A stretch of 64,000 nt of DNA from Ostreococcus lucimarinus (Eukaryota), in assembly GCA_000092065.1 (NCBI GenBank), contig CP000586.1; one strand, written 5' to 3'. Below are positions 1-9,259 of the stretch, piece after piece. The first letter of the stretch is position 1, and the number at the start of each line of letters is the position of its first letter. The notes beneath the pieces were generated by a model that was given only the letters and a program-made list of their open reading frames with translations, was not told where the DNA came from and made no database searches. The translations under genes and the position numbers were made by a program.

Positions 1-675
1 GAGGATCGCGTCGGAGAGACCATCGATGGTGCGCGCGAGACGTCTAACGGGGAAAGTGCGGACGATGTCGCGCCAACAGTGCTCTCGACGGCGGCGACGA
101 CGGTTTCGAACGCGCTCGCGAAGTCGCGCGCGGGCGTCTTTGGCAAGCTTGCCAACGCCGCTGGGGCCACTGTGCGAGGCATATCGAGCCGTGTGAAACC
201 TGTTAAAATGTTTGCCGCCGCGCGAAACGCCATGGAACCATCTCGCGCGATCGCGACGGTGAAACTTCCGCACACTTCTTCCACGAAGTGGTCGCTGTGC
301 GCGCTGCAACCGACGCCGGGCACCGCGGCGGATAAGTGGGCGCCACCCTCGCTCGATTCTTCCCAGCCCGCGCGTCAGCTCGAGGCGCAAGTCTCAGTCG
401 TGACATCAGACGCTGTTTTTTACGATTACAACGTCCGTCTGACCTCAGATCGCGCTGGATTCTTCTCTCGCGGCGAGGAAGCCGTCGCGCGACTCGAGCG
501 CGAGTGCAAACTCATCGACGAGACGGACTCGTTCGGCACTTCATCCACCGTCGGTGATTTACCGTCCAACGGACGGTGGATCGAAAGCGCCATCGCCGCC
601 GGTTCAAATCCCGAGTCGGCGCAGGAGTTGCGCACGAACGTCAGCGAGTCCATGTCGCAGTCCATGTTCGGCTGA
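1..675 (+). CDS. Hypothetical protein, 5'-partial. The reading frame is open from window position 1, and the first listed codon at 79 is GTG rather than ATG.
   Basis: Frame 1 has no stop from nt 1 to the TGA at 673-675. Codon usage matches neighbouring genes. No recognisable domain. Confidence 0.45.
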   Translation, partial: EDRVGETIDGARETSNGESADDVAPTVLSTAATTVSNALAKSRAGVFGKLANAAGATVRGISSRVKPVKMFAAARNAMEPSRAIATVKLPHTSSTKWSLCALQPTPGTAADKWAPPSLDSSQPARQLEAQVSVVTSDAVFYDYNVRLTSDRAGFFSRGEEAVARLERECKLIDETDSFGTSSTVGDLPSNGRWIESAIAAGSNPESAQELRTNVSESMSQSMFG

Positions 676-899
676 GCGCGAGCCGACGCCGACGCCGACG
701 AACATTCTTTCCTTTCCCATCATCACTTTTACCGACGACGACGACCAACGACGACGATCGCGCATCATTCATTTCATTTCACGCCCCGTCGGCACTCCGC
801 GCGTCGATCGCTCGCTCGACCGACGCTTTGTAAAACGCAGCCTCGCCGTCGCCGCGTCCGCACAGTCTCGCTCGCCATGCCTCCCGCACGCCGACGAAC

Positions 900-1625
900 A
901 TGATCCCCGACCACTACGCCGTCCTCGGCGTCTCTCCCACGGCGACGTCGTCGGAGATCAAGCGCGCGTACCTCAGGCTCGCCAAGGAGCACCACCCCGA
1001 CGTCGCGTCGTCGGGACGTTCGGACGACCAAACCTTTGCCTTGATATCCCACGCGTACGACGTGCTGAAGAACCCAGCGTCGAGGCGCGCGTACGATGGG
1101 TCGAGAGGCGACGTCGCGTCGTCGTCGTCCGCGCGCGCGAGCGGCGCGGGCGGCGCGGAGGCGTGGCGCGCGCAGTGGAGGTCGAACGCGAACTGGCGAC
1201 GACGACCGGGCGGCGACGGCGCGGGCGGGACAAAGTCGAATTCGTACGCGTTCGACGACGACGAGGACTGGGATGGGAACACGTCGTATACCGCGGCTGA
1301 GGTCGAGCGAAGGAACGCGAGCGAGCGGACGCGGGCGCGGGAGAAGGCGGACGCGGCGAGGTGGTGGAAGCACGAACGGTTGAGCGCCGAGCGGCGACGA
1401 CGACAGTTTCGAGAAGCGGACGCGGCGAAAACAGCGAGGCGTAGCGAACGCACGCTGCATAAAGTTTCAAGTTTATGGCACGCGCGCGCGAGGGTGGTTT
1501 GGCAGGATGTCGCCGTGCTCGCCGTCGGCGCGGCGGTGTGTCTGTACGCTGGGTTCAGATACGCCGGCGCCGGTGCGCGGAATGGTGGCGAACGCGAACG
1601 CGAACGCGGCGACGATCGTTCGTGA
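900..1625 (+). CDS. DnaJ/Hsp40 J-domain protein with a C-terminal transmembrane anchor
   Basis: The N-terminus (HYAVLGVSPTATSSEIKRAYLRLAKEHHPDV...YDVLKNPASRRAYD) is a canonical J domain with the HPD motif. A hydrophobic stretch (VAVLAVGAAVCLYAGF) lies near the C-terminus. ATG at 900. Confidence 0.85.
   Translation: MIPDHYAVLGVSPTATSSEIKRAYLRLAKEHHPDVASSGRSDDQTFALISHAYDVLKNPASRRAYDGSRGDVASSSSARASGAGGAEAWRAQWRSNANWRRRPGGDGAGGTKSNSYAFDDDEDWDGNTSYTAAEVERRNASERTRAREKADAARWWKHERLSAERRRRQFREADAAKTARRSERTLHKVSSLWHARARVVWQDVAVLAVGAAVCLYAGFRYAGAGARNGGERERERGDDRS
1588..1608. repeat. Hexanucleotide microsatellite (GCGAAC)n at the 3' end of the DnaJ CDS
   Basis: Direct reading of gcgaacgcgaacgcgaacgcg. 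Confidence 0.8.
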
Positions 1626-2186
1626 TCCTAGTCGCGAATCTTAGAATATTTCATTTCAATCGTAGCATAGCGTTCATAGAGCACCGCTCGCTCAACCGCA
1701 ATGAAATTTCTCGCGCGAAAATGTTGAAAATCGATAGCTTGCATATACATATACCCGAGTGTCCGATAAACACGTTGCGGTGTCGCGAGAAAAAGCGCAC
1801 TTCGTAAAGTGCCGCATTGCGTCGCGAACGCGCCCGCGCGTCGACGTCTCGCCCCGCGCGAGCGCACGCGCGCGCGCGAACGATCGAGCGAAACACTCCC
1901 GTCCGTCTTTCGCCCATCGCGCGCATCGCGCGTCGTCGCGCGCGTCGTCGCGCGCGATGTTTCACCACGCCGCGACCGGCGCGTTCGCGCCGCGGCGAAT
2001 GCCGACGCCGCGCGACGACGCGCGCGGGAACGCGAGCGCGCGCGCGTCGAACGACGCGATGCAACGCATTTCGTGCGACGCGCGCGTGGGATCGGAGGGC
2101 ATCGTCAGGCGACCGACGCCGAGACTCGGCGGGAAAGGTGCGACGAGGGACAATCCGACGTGGACGCGCGGCGAGGGTTTCCTGGA

Positions 2187-2214
2187 CGCGAACGCGAACG
2201 CGAACGCGAACGCG
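2187..2214. repeat. Hexanucleotide microsatellite (AACGCG)4-5
   Basis: Direct reading of gcgaacgcgaacgcgaacgcgaacgcg. Confidence 0.8.
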
Positions 2215-2278
2215 GACTGACGACGCGCGAGCGAGCGATGACGCAGGACCGAGCGCGCTGGAACGAGAGTTGAAGGCG

Positions 2279-3181
2279 ATGCAACGAGGAGGGAGCGAAC
2301 GGGACGGCGGGGACGCGTCGGGGCGAGAGGCGGAGCGAGCGTTTCACAGCGTGCACGATTTGGTGCACTACGCGATTTTGTCGCAACCGAACGCGTTGGC
2401 GAGCCTGCGGATGATTTATTCGATTTGTCAGCGCGCGGGGAGGATCGCGAGCAAGCATGGTGCGGGATCGAGGTTGATCACGGCGAATGAACACTGGAAA
2501 TCGCAGATTAGACACGCGTTGTATACGTCGCCGAGGTTTAAGAGAATCGGGAGCGACGATTGGGGCGTCGCCGCGGGGCACTCGGCGATGCCGGATACGA
2601 CGACGGTCTACGTGAGTAAGGATGAACGGAAGAACGCAGAAAAGACGCATGCGGTGAGTCGCGCTTCGACGGTTTCATCGTATTCGCATAAGTCGCTCTC
2701 GTCGCCGAAAAAGCGACGCTTGTCGACGAGCGCGTCTGTGAAGCCGGCGTCCAAGGCCGATGAATATAGATCATCCACTGAGCCGGAGACGGTTTCCATG
2801 CTCGCGCTCGAGGGCGAGAAAGCGTTAAAACTACTTCATTCGGCGAGTGGGCACTCAGGAAGCGCGCAAAGCGCGTTGTCGATGGAAGACGCCGTTGGCG
2901 CCGGATCGAGAACGGGCCGAACGATGACGAAGAGTCCGAGCCCAAGACAGCGTTCGCACTCACGCTCGCGCTCGCGCTCGTGCTCGCCCGAGCCACGTGA
3001 AAGCTCCACGCTCGTGGTCGTGGCAGGGCTATTAGAGCACGAGGGCAAGGTTCTGCCACGCGATTTTCGTCGAAACAGACGTAAACCTTTCGGTGGAGGG
3101 CATCACGCCGCCATGCCCGCGGACAGCGAGTGCCGCGTGGACCAGTCGCCCTGCCCCGTGACCGGGCTAGATTCGTACTAG
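2279..3181 (+). CDS. Forkhead-like winged-helix DNA-binding protein with a C-terminal SR-like tract. Start uncertain; the ORF is open upstream to 1817.
   Basis: The region YAILSQPNALASLRMIYSICQ...EHWKSQIRHALYTSPRFKRIG resembles forkhead helix 1-3 (MAIQQSP..LTLSEIYQWI...[20 protein letters not shown]). An RSRSRSRS tract follows. ATG at 2279 is the first Met before the domain. Confidence 0.5.
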   Translation: MQRGGSERDGGDASGREAERAFHSVHDLVHYAILSQPNALASLRMIYSICQRAGRIASKHGAGSRLITANEHWKSQIRHALYTSPRFKRIGSDDWGVAAGHSAMPDTTTVYVSKDERKNAEKTHAVSRASTVSSYSHKSLSSPKKRRLSTSASVKPASKADEYRSSTEPETVSMLALEGEKALKLLHSASGHSGSAQSALSMEDAVGAGSRTGRTMTKSPSPRQRSHSRSRSRSCSPEPRESSTLVVVAGLLEHEGKVLPRDFRRNRRKPFGGGHHAAMPADSECRVDQSPCPVTGLDSY

Positions 3182-3361
3182 CCAACCATTTTTTGCTTGA
3201 TTTTGATTGTTTTGGTCTGCATCCTCGCGATGTCGAATGACATTTTGTACCATTTTTGTAGCCTACTTTTGCGGAGGGAAGAGCTGACCGTAAAAAAGAA
3301 TTCTTTTGCAATGAAGAAATTTTTTCATTAAACGACTCGTTGCCGTTGTCCTACGTTTCTA

Positions 3362-4324
3362 TCACGCGCACGCCCCGAGCGATGCGCCTTGTACTGCCGC
3401 CTGAAGAAGTTCTTTGGGCGTCATCTTATCGCTCGATCCCGTTTCACGCCAACTCGCCTGCTTCGATCTCCACTCGCGCGCGAGCTTGGCGAGACGCAAA
3501 AATCGTTCCTCCTCGCTATCTTCAATCGCTTTAATCGTCGAGTAGTGCACGCCGGTGTGCGCTTCTTCATCGGGCGATACTTCCGGTGCCTCCATGCGCG
3601 CCTTGATGTTCCTCTTACGATGCAAACCCTCCAATTGCGCGCTCAAAGCGTCGTGCGCCGAGTTCGTGCTACTCCTACTCGCCCGCCCTTTCCCAAACGA
3701 CGTCTTCGCGTTCGAATCCATCGCCGCGATCTCCTCCGCGCTCGGTATCCTCTGCGCCGCGATCGGCTTAATCACCCGTTTACCGCGCTTCTTCGCCGCC
3801 CCCAGATCCCCAGCCTTCATCCGATTCAACTGCGCCGCCACCTCGCCGCGTCGCTCCTCCTCCGTCTTTCGCCTCGACGTCGCCTCCTCCCGCCCATCCC
3901 CATACCGCGCCTTCCACCGCCAATCGTGCTCCGCCCACTCCACGTCGCCCTCCCCTAGCACCGCCGCCGCGCTCGGCGACCCCTCGCGCTCGAGCAAAGC
4001 CACCCGGAGCGTTCGATACGCGCTCTGCGCGCGCTTAAACGCCTCCCCGCTCGCGTCGCCCGCGATGTCCGGGTGCGTTCGCATCGCGCTCGCTCGAAAC
4101 GCCCGTTTCAGTTTCCGTTCATCCTGCGCGTCGCCCATCGATATCTCTAATTCCGCGCACGCCTTCTCCACCGCGTCTCGCGTGCGTATCTCGCACGTCG
4201 TCGTCGTCGTCGTCGTCGCGCGTCCACCCCGCCTCGCCGTTCGTCGCGCGTTCCCGCGTTCCCTCGCGCTCGCGCGCGGGAATTCGCGCGCGTTCGACAC
4301 CGCGCGCGCGAAGCTCAGGCGCAT
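3362..4324 (-). CDS. J-domain (DnaJ-like) co-chaperone. The ORF 5' extension to 5287 overlaps the STI1 gene and is rejected.
   Basis: ELEISMGDAQDERKLKRAFRASAMRTHPDIAGDASGEAFKRAQSAYRTL is a J domain with the HPD motif. Met codons (cat on the + strand) lie at 4322-4324 and 4136-4138; the upstream one was chosen so that helix I is included. Confidence 0.7.
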   Translation of the reverse strand: MRLSFARAVSNAREFPRASARERGNARRTARRGGRATTTTTTTCEIRTRDAVEKACAELEISMGDAQDERKLKRAFRASAMRTHPDIAGDASGEAFKRAQSAYRTLRVALLEREGSPSAAAVLGEGDVEWAEHDWRWKARYGDGREEATSRRKTEEERRGEVAAQLNRMKAGDLGAAKKRGKRVIKPIAAQRIPSAEEIAAMDSNAKTSFGKGRASRSSTNSAHDALSAQLEGLHRKRNIKARMEAPEVSPDEEAHTGVHYSTIKAIEDSEEERFLRLAKLAREWRSKQASWRETGSSDKMTPKELLQAAVQGASLGACA

Positions 4325-4567
4325 CGTCGCCCGTCGCCGCGCGTCGCCGCGCGCGAGGCCGTCGCGGCGTCGTCCGCGGCGCCCCGACGCGGCGTCCGAG
4401 GGGGGCGCGAGGGGCGCGCAGTCGGTCCGTGTGTTAAAGTGCCTCCGTGGTCTCCCATAAACGCCCGCGCACTGTTTGCCGAGCGCGGCGGCGGCGGTCG
4501 GTCGTGGAACGCGATGGAAGCCATCGGACGTCGCGATCGCACACGGCGACGCGCGCGCGATCGCGCC
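4325..4567. promoter_or_regulatory. Putative bidirectional promoter / 5'UTR region shared by the divergent J-protein (-) and STI1/Hop (+) genes
   Basis: A 243-bp gap between two head-to-head chaperone-system CDSs. No explicit motif was recognised. Confidence 0.3.
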
Positions 4568-6265
4568 ATGACGACGGCGAACGAGCTCAAGGATGTCGGC
4601 AACGGGCATTTCAAAAACGGCGCGTACGACGACGCCGTCGCGGCGTTCACGCGCGCGATCGAGCTCGACGCGACGAATCACGTGCTGCACAGCAATCGAA
4701 GCGCGGCGCACGCGGGCGCGGAGCGATGGAGCGACGCGCTGCGAGACGCGGAGCGCACGATCGAGCTGAAATCTGATTGGGGGAAGGGATACGGACGAAA
4801 GGGCGCGGCGCTGTTCGGCGCGGGCGATCTGGAGGGGGCGCGAGAGGCGTACGCGGCGGGGCTGGCGCTGGAGCCGGAAAACGCGATGCTGCGGAGCGGA
4901 TTGGAGGACGTGGAGTTCGCGATGAAGCGAAAGGGAGAGAGCGACGCGGGGATGAATCAAATCGGAGACATGTTCCGCGCGCCGGATCTCATGGCGAAGT
5001 TGGCGATGAATCCGGCGACGCGGGAATACGTGAGTCAACCGGATTTCTTGGCGATGATGGAGGAGGTGAAAAGAAACCCGTCGGCGCTTAATAATCACCT
5101 GAGAGATCCGAGAATGATGAACGTGTTGAGCGTGGCGATGGGCGTGAAGGTGATGAGCGGCGACGACGCGGCGAAGGAGTTCGGGGAGCACGAGGCAGAT
5201 TCGAAAAAGACGGAACCCGCGCCGAAGGCGCCGGTCGAGGAACCGGCGAAAGCGCCCGAACCCGAGGTCTCCGAGACTCGTAAGCAAGCGTTGGAGGCCA
5301 AGGAGGCGGGCAACGCTGCGTATAAGAAGCGTGATTTTGACACCGCTATCGCGAATTACGACAAGGCGATAGAGTTAGATCCCGAGGACGTATCGTTTCT
5401 GAACAATCGCGCGGCGGCCAACTTGGAGAAGGGCGATTTGGACGCGTGCATCGCCGATTGCGAATCCGCCATCGAGAAAGGACGATCGATTCGTGCCGAC
5501 TACACCATCATCGCCAAGGCGATGACTCGCAAGGGGAACGCGCTCGTGAAGCAGGGCAAGCTTGAGGCGGCGATTGACACGTACCAGCGCTCGCTCACCG
5601 AGCACCGCACCGCGGATACTCTCAAGCGATTGAATGACACGGAAAAGGCGCTCAAAGACGCCGCGACCGCGGCGTATTTGGATCCAGTGAAGGGAGAGGA
5701 AGCGCGCGAGCGTGGTAACGCCTTTTTCAAGGATCAAAAGTTCCCCGAGGCGGTGAAGGAGTACAGCGAAGCCATCGCTCGGAACCCGAACGATCACAAG
5801 GCGTACTCCAATCGCTCCGCCTCGTACACCAAGCTCGCCGCGTTCAACGAAGCGTTGAAAGATGCGGAGAAGTGCATCGAACTCGAGCCCACCTTCGCGA
5901 AGGGTTACACGCGCAAAGGGCACGTGCAGTTTTTCACCAAGAGCTACGACGACGCCGTGGAGACGTACACCGAAGGCTTGAAGCACGACCCGAACAACGA
6001 AGAACTCAAGGATGGTTTGCGACGGTGCCACGAGCAAATCAACCGCGGCGCGATGGGACAGCTCAGCGAAGAAGAGATGAAGGCTCGTCAAGAACGCGCG
6101 ATGGCGAACCCGGAGATTCAAGGCATCCTGAGCGACCCCGTGATGCGCCAAGTCTTACAAGACATGTCCACCGATCCCAAGGCGGCGGCCGAGCACCAGA
6201 AAAACCCCATAATCATGGCCAAGGTGCAAAAGCTCATCAACGCCGGCATCGTGCAGGTTCGATAG
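4568..6265 (+). CDS. STI1: STI1/Hop (Hsp70-Hsp90 organizing protein): three TPR clusters plus STI1/DP domains
   Basis: MTTANELKDVGNGHF...NHVLHSNRSAAH (TPR1), KEAGNAAYKKRDFDTAIANYDKAIELDP (TPR2A), ERGNAFFKDQKFPEAVKEYSEAIARNPNDHKAYSNRSASY (TPR2B), and a C-terminal DP2 (NPEIQGILSDPVMRQVLQDM). Start taken at the ATG at 4568; in-frame upstream Met codons at 4439 and 4514 are possible alternatives. Confidence 0.9.
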   Translation: MTTANELKDVGNGHFKNGAYDDAVAAFTRAIELDATNHVLHSNRSAAHAGAERWSDALRDAERTIELKSDWGKGYGRKGAALFGAGDLEGAREAYAAGLALEPENAMLRSGLEDVEFAMKRKGESDAGMNQIGDMFRAPDLMAKLAMNPATREYVSQPDFLAMMEEVKRNPSALNNHLRDPRMMNVLSVAMGVKVMSGDDAAKEFGEHEADSKKTEPAPKAPVEEPAKAPEPEVSETRKQALEAKEAGNAAYKKRDFDTAIANYDKAIELDPEDVSFLNNRAAANLEKGDLDACIADCESAIEKGRSIRADYTIIAKAMTRKGNALVKQGKLEAAIDTYQRSLTEHRTADTLKRLNDTEKALKDAATAAYLDPVKGEEARERGNAFFKDQKFPEAVKEYSEAIARNPNDHKAYSNRSASYTKLAAFNEALKDAEKCIELEPTFAKGYTRKGHVQFFTKSYDDAVETYTEGLKHDPNNEELKDGLRRCHEQINRGAMGQLSEEEMKARQERAMANPEIQGILSDPVMRQVLQDMSTDPKAAAEHQKNPIIMAKVQKLINAGIVQVR

Positions 6266-6342
6266 CGCGCTAAATTGAATACATCATCATCACAAACATT
6301 TTTTACTCGCGTCGCGTCGTCGCTCGTCGTCGCGCGCCCGTC

Positions 6343-7110
6343 TCAATCCTCCACGCTCGCCGTCCCGCGCTGCGCCGCCCATCGATCGTACGTCCGCTGC
6401 GCCGCGTCATCGATCCCTCCTCCCACGATATCGATCGACCTTCCGATCGTCATCGTCGCCGCTTTCGAGAACCCCGGAATCGCTCTCAGCAACCGCGGCA
6501 CCTCCGCCGCGATCTTCACCCGCACCTCCGTCTCCACGACCGTCTCCGTCGCGCTCGACCGCGATTCATCGATCCCCACTCGCGCGTCGATGTGCGCCCA
6601 CACCCCCATCGTCGCGAATCCCGGCGGCAGCTTCGCTTTATCGCCCGCGAATCGCAACTCGTCGCCCACCAACCGCGCTCGCCCGTCCACCCGTCCCGCG
6701 CCGTCCGCCGCGATCGCCTCGATCGCGAACGCCGGCGCGATCTCCCACGCCAGCAGCGCTCTCGGCGCGACCGCGACGTCGTACGCGCGTCCGCCCCGCG
6801 GTCCTCGGTGCTCGCGCTCGCGCGCGTCCGCCGCGCCGAAGACGAGCTCGACAAAGTTCGCGGGCTCGGCGAGCCACGCGCGCACGCTCGCGTCGCGCCC
6901 GCAACCGGCGTCGCGCACCGCGAGCGCGATGACGCGCTCGACCGCGAAGGCGTCGTAGCCGGGCGGCGGCGCCGGCGGCGGCGCGTCGACGTCGATGACG
7001 TCGCGCGAGGACGACGCGCGGCGGCGCGACGGCGCGCGCGCGACGCGGCGCGGGACGGACGCGGACGCGCGCGGCGCGCGAGCGACGCGGGGCGTCGCGC
7101 GGACGCGCAT
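6343..7110 (-). CDS. Hypothetical protein (about 255 aa). Possibly a small ligand-binding fold; function unknown.
   Basis: The C-terminal 200 aa are non-low-complexity and typical of real proteins. ATG (cat at 7108-7110) was chosen as the first Met not overlapping the GRWD1 CDS. The upstream ORF extension to 7722 is Ser/Arg low complexity. Confidence 0.4.
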   Translation of the reverse strand: MRVRATPRVARAPRASASVPRRVARAPSRRRASSSRDVIDVDAPPPAPPPGYDAFAVERVIALAVRDAGCGRDASVRAWLAEPANFVELVFGAADAREREHRGPRGGRAYDVAVAPRALLAWEIAPAFAIEAIAADGAGRVDGRARLVGDELRFAGDKAKLPPGFATMGVWAHIDARVGIDESRSSATETVVETEVRVKIAAEVPRLLRAIPGFSKAATMTIGRSIDIVGGGIDDAAQRTYDRWAAQRGTASVED

Positions 7111-7267
7111 CGCGCGCGCGGCGAGCGCGCGGCGAGCGCGCGGCGCAGTGCGCGAGGCGAGCGCGCGCCGCCGCCATTTCGCGACGCGACGCGAATCGTC
7201 GAACGTCGCGCGAGCGCTCGATCGCGCGCGAAAGCGAGCGAGAGAAGGACGCGCGGGAGCGACGCAC

Positions 7268-7360
7268 ATGCCGCGATTGCCCGAGCGCGCGCGCGCGCGC
7301 GAGGGCGAGGACGAGGACGAGGAGGACGAGTACAAGGCGGTCGGCGAGGGCGAAGAGGAA

Positions 7361-7391
<31 letters not shown>

Positions 7392-8719
7392 CGATGGACG
7401 CCGATCGAGGCGACGGAGAGGCGCGAGAGGCGCGGCGTAAAAGACCCGAGGTGTGGCGACCGGGATCGGCGGAAGACGAGGACGTGGAGCTGGAGTACGA
7501 CGAGAGCGCGTACGACGCGCTGCACGCGTTTTCGCACGAGTGGCCGTGCCTGTCGCTGGACGTGATGAGGGATGATTTAGGCGAAGGAAGGGAGGTGTTC
7601 CCGCACGAGATGACGATCGTGACGGGAACGCAAGCGATGGAGGCGACGAAGAACGTGCTGAGCGTGATTAGGGTGAGTCGGATTAAGAAGACGCGGCGAG
7701 ACGCGGACGCGGACGAGGACATGGAGGCGAGCGATAGCGACGACGACGAGGACGGTGGGTCAGACGCGCCGACGTTGACGGTGGCGAGCGTGGTGCATCA
7801 TGGATGCGTGAATAGATTGCGAGCGATGCCGCAAAGACCGAGCACGTGCGCGAGTTGGAGCGATTCTGGGCACGTGATGATTTGGGATTTGAGCGCGCAG
7901 TTGAAAAAGGTGATGACGTCGACGAACGATTCCAAGGGCAAGATCGATCCACCGTCTCGAGTGACGCCTACGCAAGTGTTCACGGGTCATAAAGACGAAG
8001 GCTACGCCCTTGATTGGTCCTCGGTGTGCGAGGGAAGGCTCGCGAGTGGTGATTGCGCCGGGGCGATTCACACGTGGGACATGGTGCAAGGTAAGTGGGA
8101 CGTCGGCGCGACGCCGTACACCGGGCACTATTCGAGCGTGGAGGACATCCAGTGGTCCCCGACCGAGCGAGATGTGTTCATATCGTGCTCTGCCGATCAA
8201 ACGGTGTGCGTGTGGGACACGCGACAGCGCGCAAAGCCGGCGTTGCGCGTCAAGACGCACGACTCGGACGTCAACGTTCTGTCGTGGAACAGACTCGCCA
8301 ACAGCATGGTCGCCACAGGCGCCGACGACGGATCGTTGCGAATCTGGGATCTTCGCAACTTTAACGAAACCAACGCGCAATTCGTGGCCAACTTCACCTT
8401 CCACCGTGCCGCGGTGACGTCCGTGGATTGGGCGCCGTTCGACTCAGCCATGCTCGCCTCTTCCTCCGCCGACAACACCGTCTGCGTGTGGGATTTAGCC
8501 GTCGAGCGCGACGCCGAGGAAGAAGCCGCCGCGCTCGCGGCGAAGGATAACGCCGCGCCGCCCGAGGACCTTCCTCCGCAGCTCATGTTCGTCCATCAAG
8601 GCTTGAAGGATCCAAAGGAAATCAAGTGGCACCGTCAAATCCCGGGCGCGTGCGTCACCACCGCCGCCGACGGCTTCAACATTTTCAAAGCCTACAACGT
8701 CGGCCCCGCCGTGCCGTGA
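7268..8719 (+). CDS. GRWD1: Glutamate-rich WD-repeat protein GRWD1/RRB1 (ribosome biogenesis, histone-binding WD40 family)
   Basis: An acidic N-terminus is followed by ELEYDESAYDALHAFSHEWPCLSLDV (GRWD1 N-box) and WD40 repeats (GHKDEGYALDWS, VATGADDGSLRIWDLR, LASSSADNTVCVWDL). ATG at 7268, TGA at 8717-8719. Confidence 0.88.
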
Positions 8720-8760
8720 TTCGAGCCTACAACGTCGGCCCCGCCGTGCCGTGATTCGAG
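8691..8760. repeat. Perfect 35-bp tandem duplication (2 copies) spanning the GRWD1 stop codon
   Basis: cctacaacgtcggccccgccgtgccgtgattcgag occurs at 8691-8725 and again at 8726-8760. Confidence 0.9.
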
Positions 8761-8883
8761 CGCGCGCGCGTCGACGCATATCGCACGTCGCGCTAGAGCT
8801 CTATAATATCAATACAACACACTACGACTACCACGCTACGTTTCTACGTCTCTCGGTTCCGTCCCGAACCGCGAGGTCTCCAT

Positions 8884-9177
8884 CTACCCCCACGCCGGCG
8901 TCGTCGAGTAAAACACCACCAACCGTCCGCCCTCATCGTTCCGCTCCCCGTATCCATCGCACAGCGCCCCCACGCGCGCGTCGTAGCTCGGCGTGAACGC
9001 CGCGCCGAGGTACGCGAACGCGCGCTCGCGCTTGATGAGTTTGCTCAGGTGCGCGACGACGTCCTCGAACCGCGCGTCCGCGCGCACGCGTACCTTGTTC
9101 TGACGCAAGATCGGCGCGTCGCCCGTGGCTTTGAAGAGCACGACGACGCGCCGCGACGGGTCGAGGTCGGGAGGCAT
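8884..9177 (-). CDS. ATG12: Autophagy ubiquitin-like protein ATG12
   Basis: VVVLFKATGDAPILRQNKVRV...FAYLGAAFTPSYDARVGALCDGYG...GRLVVFYSTTPAWG* ends in the ATG12 C-terminal Gly (AWG). Start taken at MPPDLDP because the upstream Met at 9255 lies 4 nt from the preceding gene's stop. Confidence 0.85.
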   Translation of the reverse strand: MPPDLDPSRRVVVLFKATGDAPILRQNKVRVRADARFEDVVAHLSKLIKRERAFAYLGAAFTPSYDARVGALCDGYGERNDEGGRLVVFYSTTPAWG

Positions 9178-9259
9178 CGAGCGAGGGTCGCGAAGTGCGG
9201 CGCGTCGCGAGCGTCGGCGAAAAGACAAAACGGCGTCGGAAGTTACAAAGCTCATCTCC

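Noticed and set aside
554-1470. Long overlapping ORFs on both strands across the DnaJ gene (554..1300 +, 774..1460 -, 914..1453 -, 973..1470 -)
   Set aside because: Arg/Ala/Pro-rich, low-complexity translations typical of alternative frames of very GC-rich coding DNA. Only the 900..1625 frame contains a recognisable J domain.
4325-4567. Heat-shock elements in the J-protein/STI1 spacer
   Set aside because: I looked for alternating nGAAn/nTTCn pentamers and found only isolated GGAA units (for example tggaacgcgatggaagcc), not a convincing inverted trimer. Left as an untested possibility.
3362-5287. Full 641-aa extent of the minus-strand ORF containing the J domain
   Set aside because: The upstream 320 aa overlap the well-supported STI1/Hop CDS on the + strand and are low complexity. 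The gene was truncated to start at the Met just upstream of the J domain (4324).
8691-8760. Possible CRISPR-like or minisatellite array
   Set aside because: Only two copies, no spacers, and located in a eukaryotic gene terminus. It is a simple tandem duplication. No CRISPR arrays were seen anywhere in the window.
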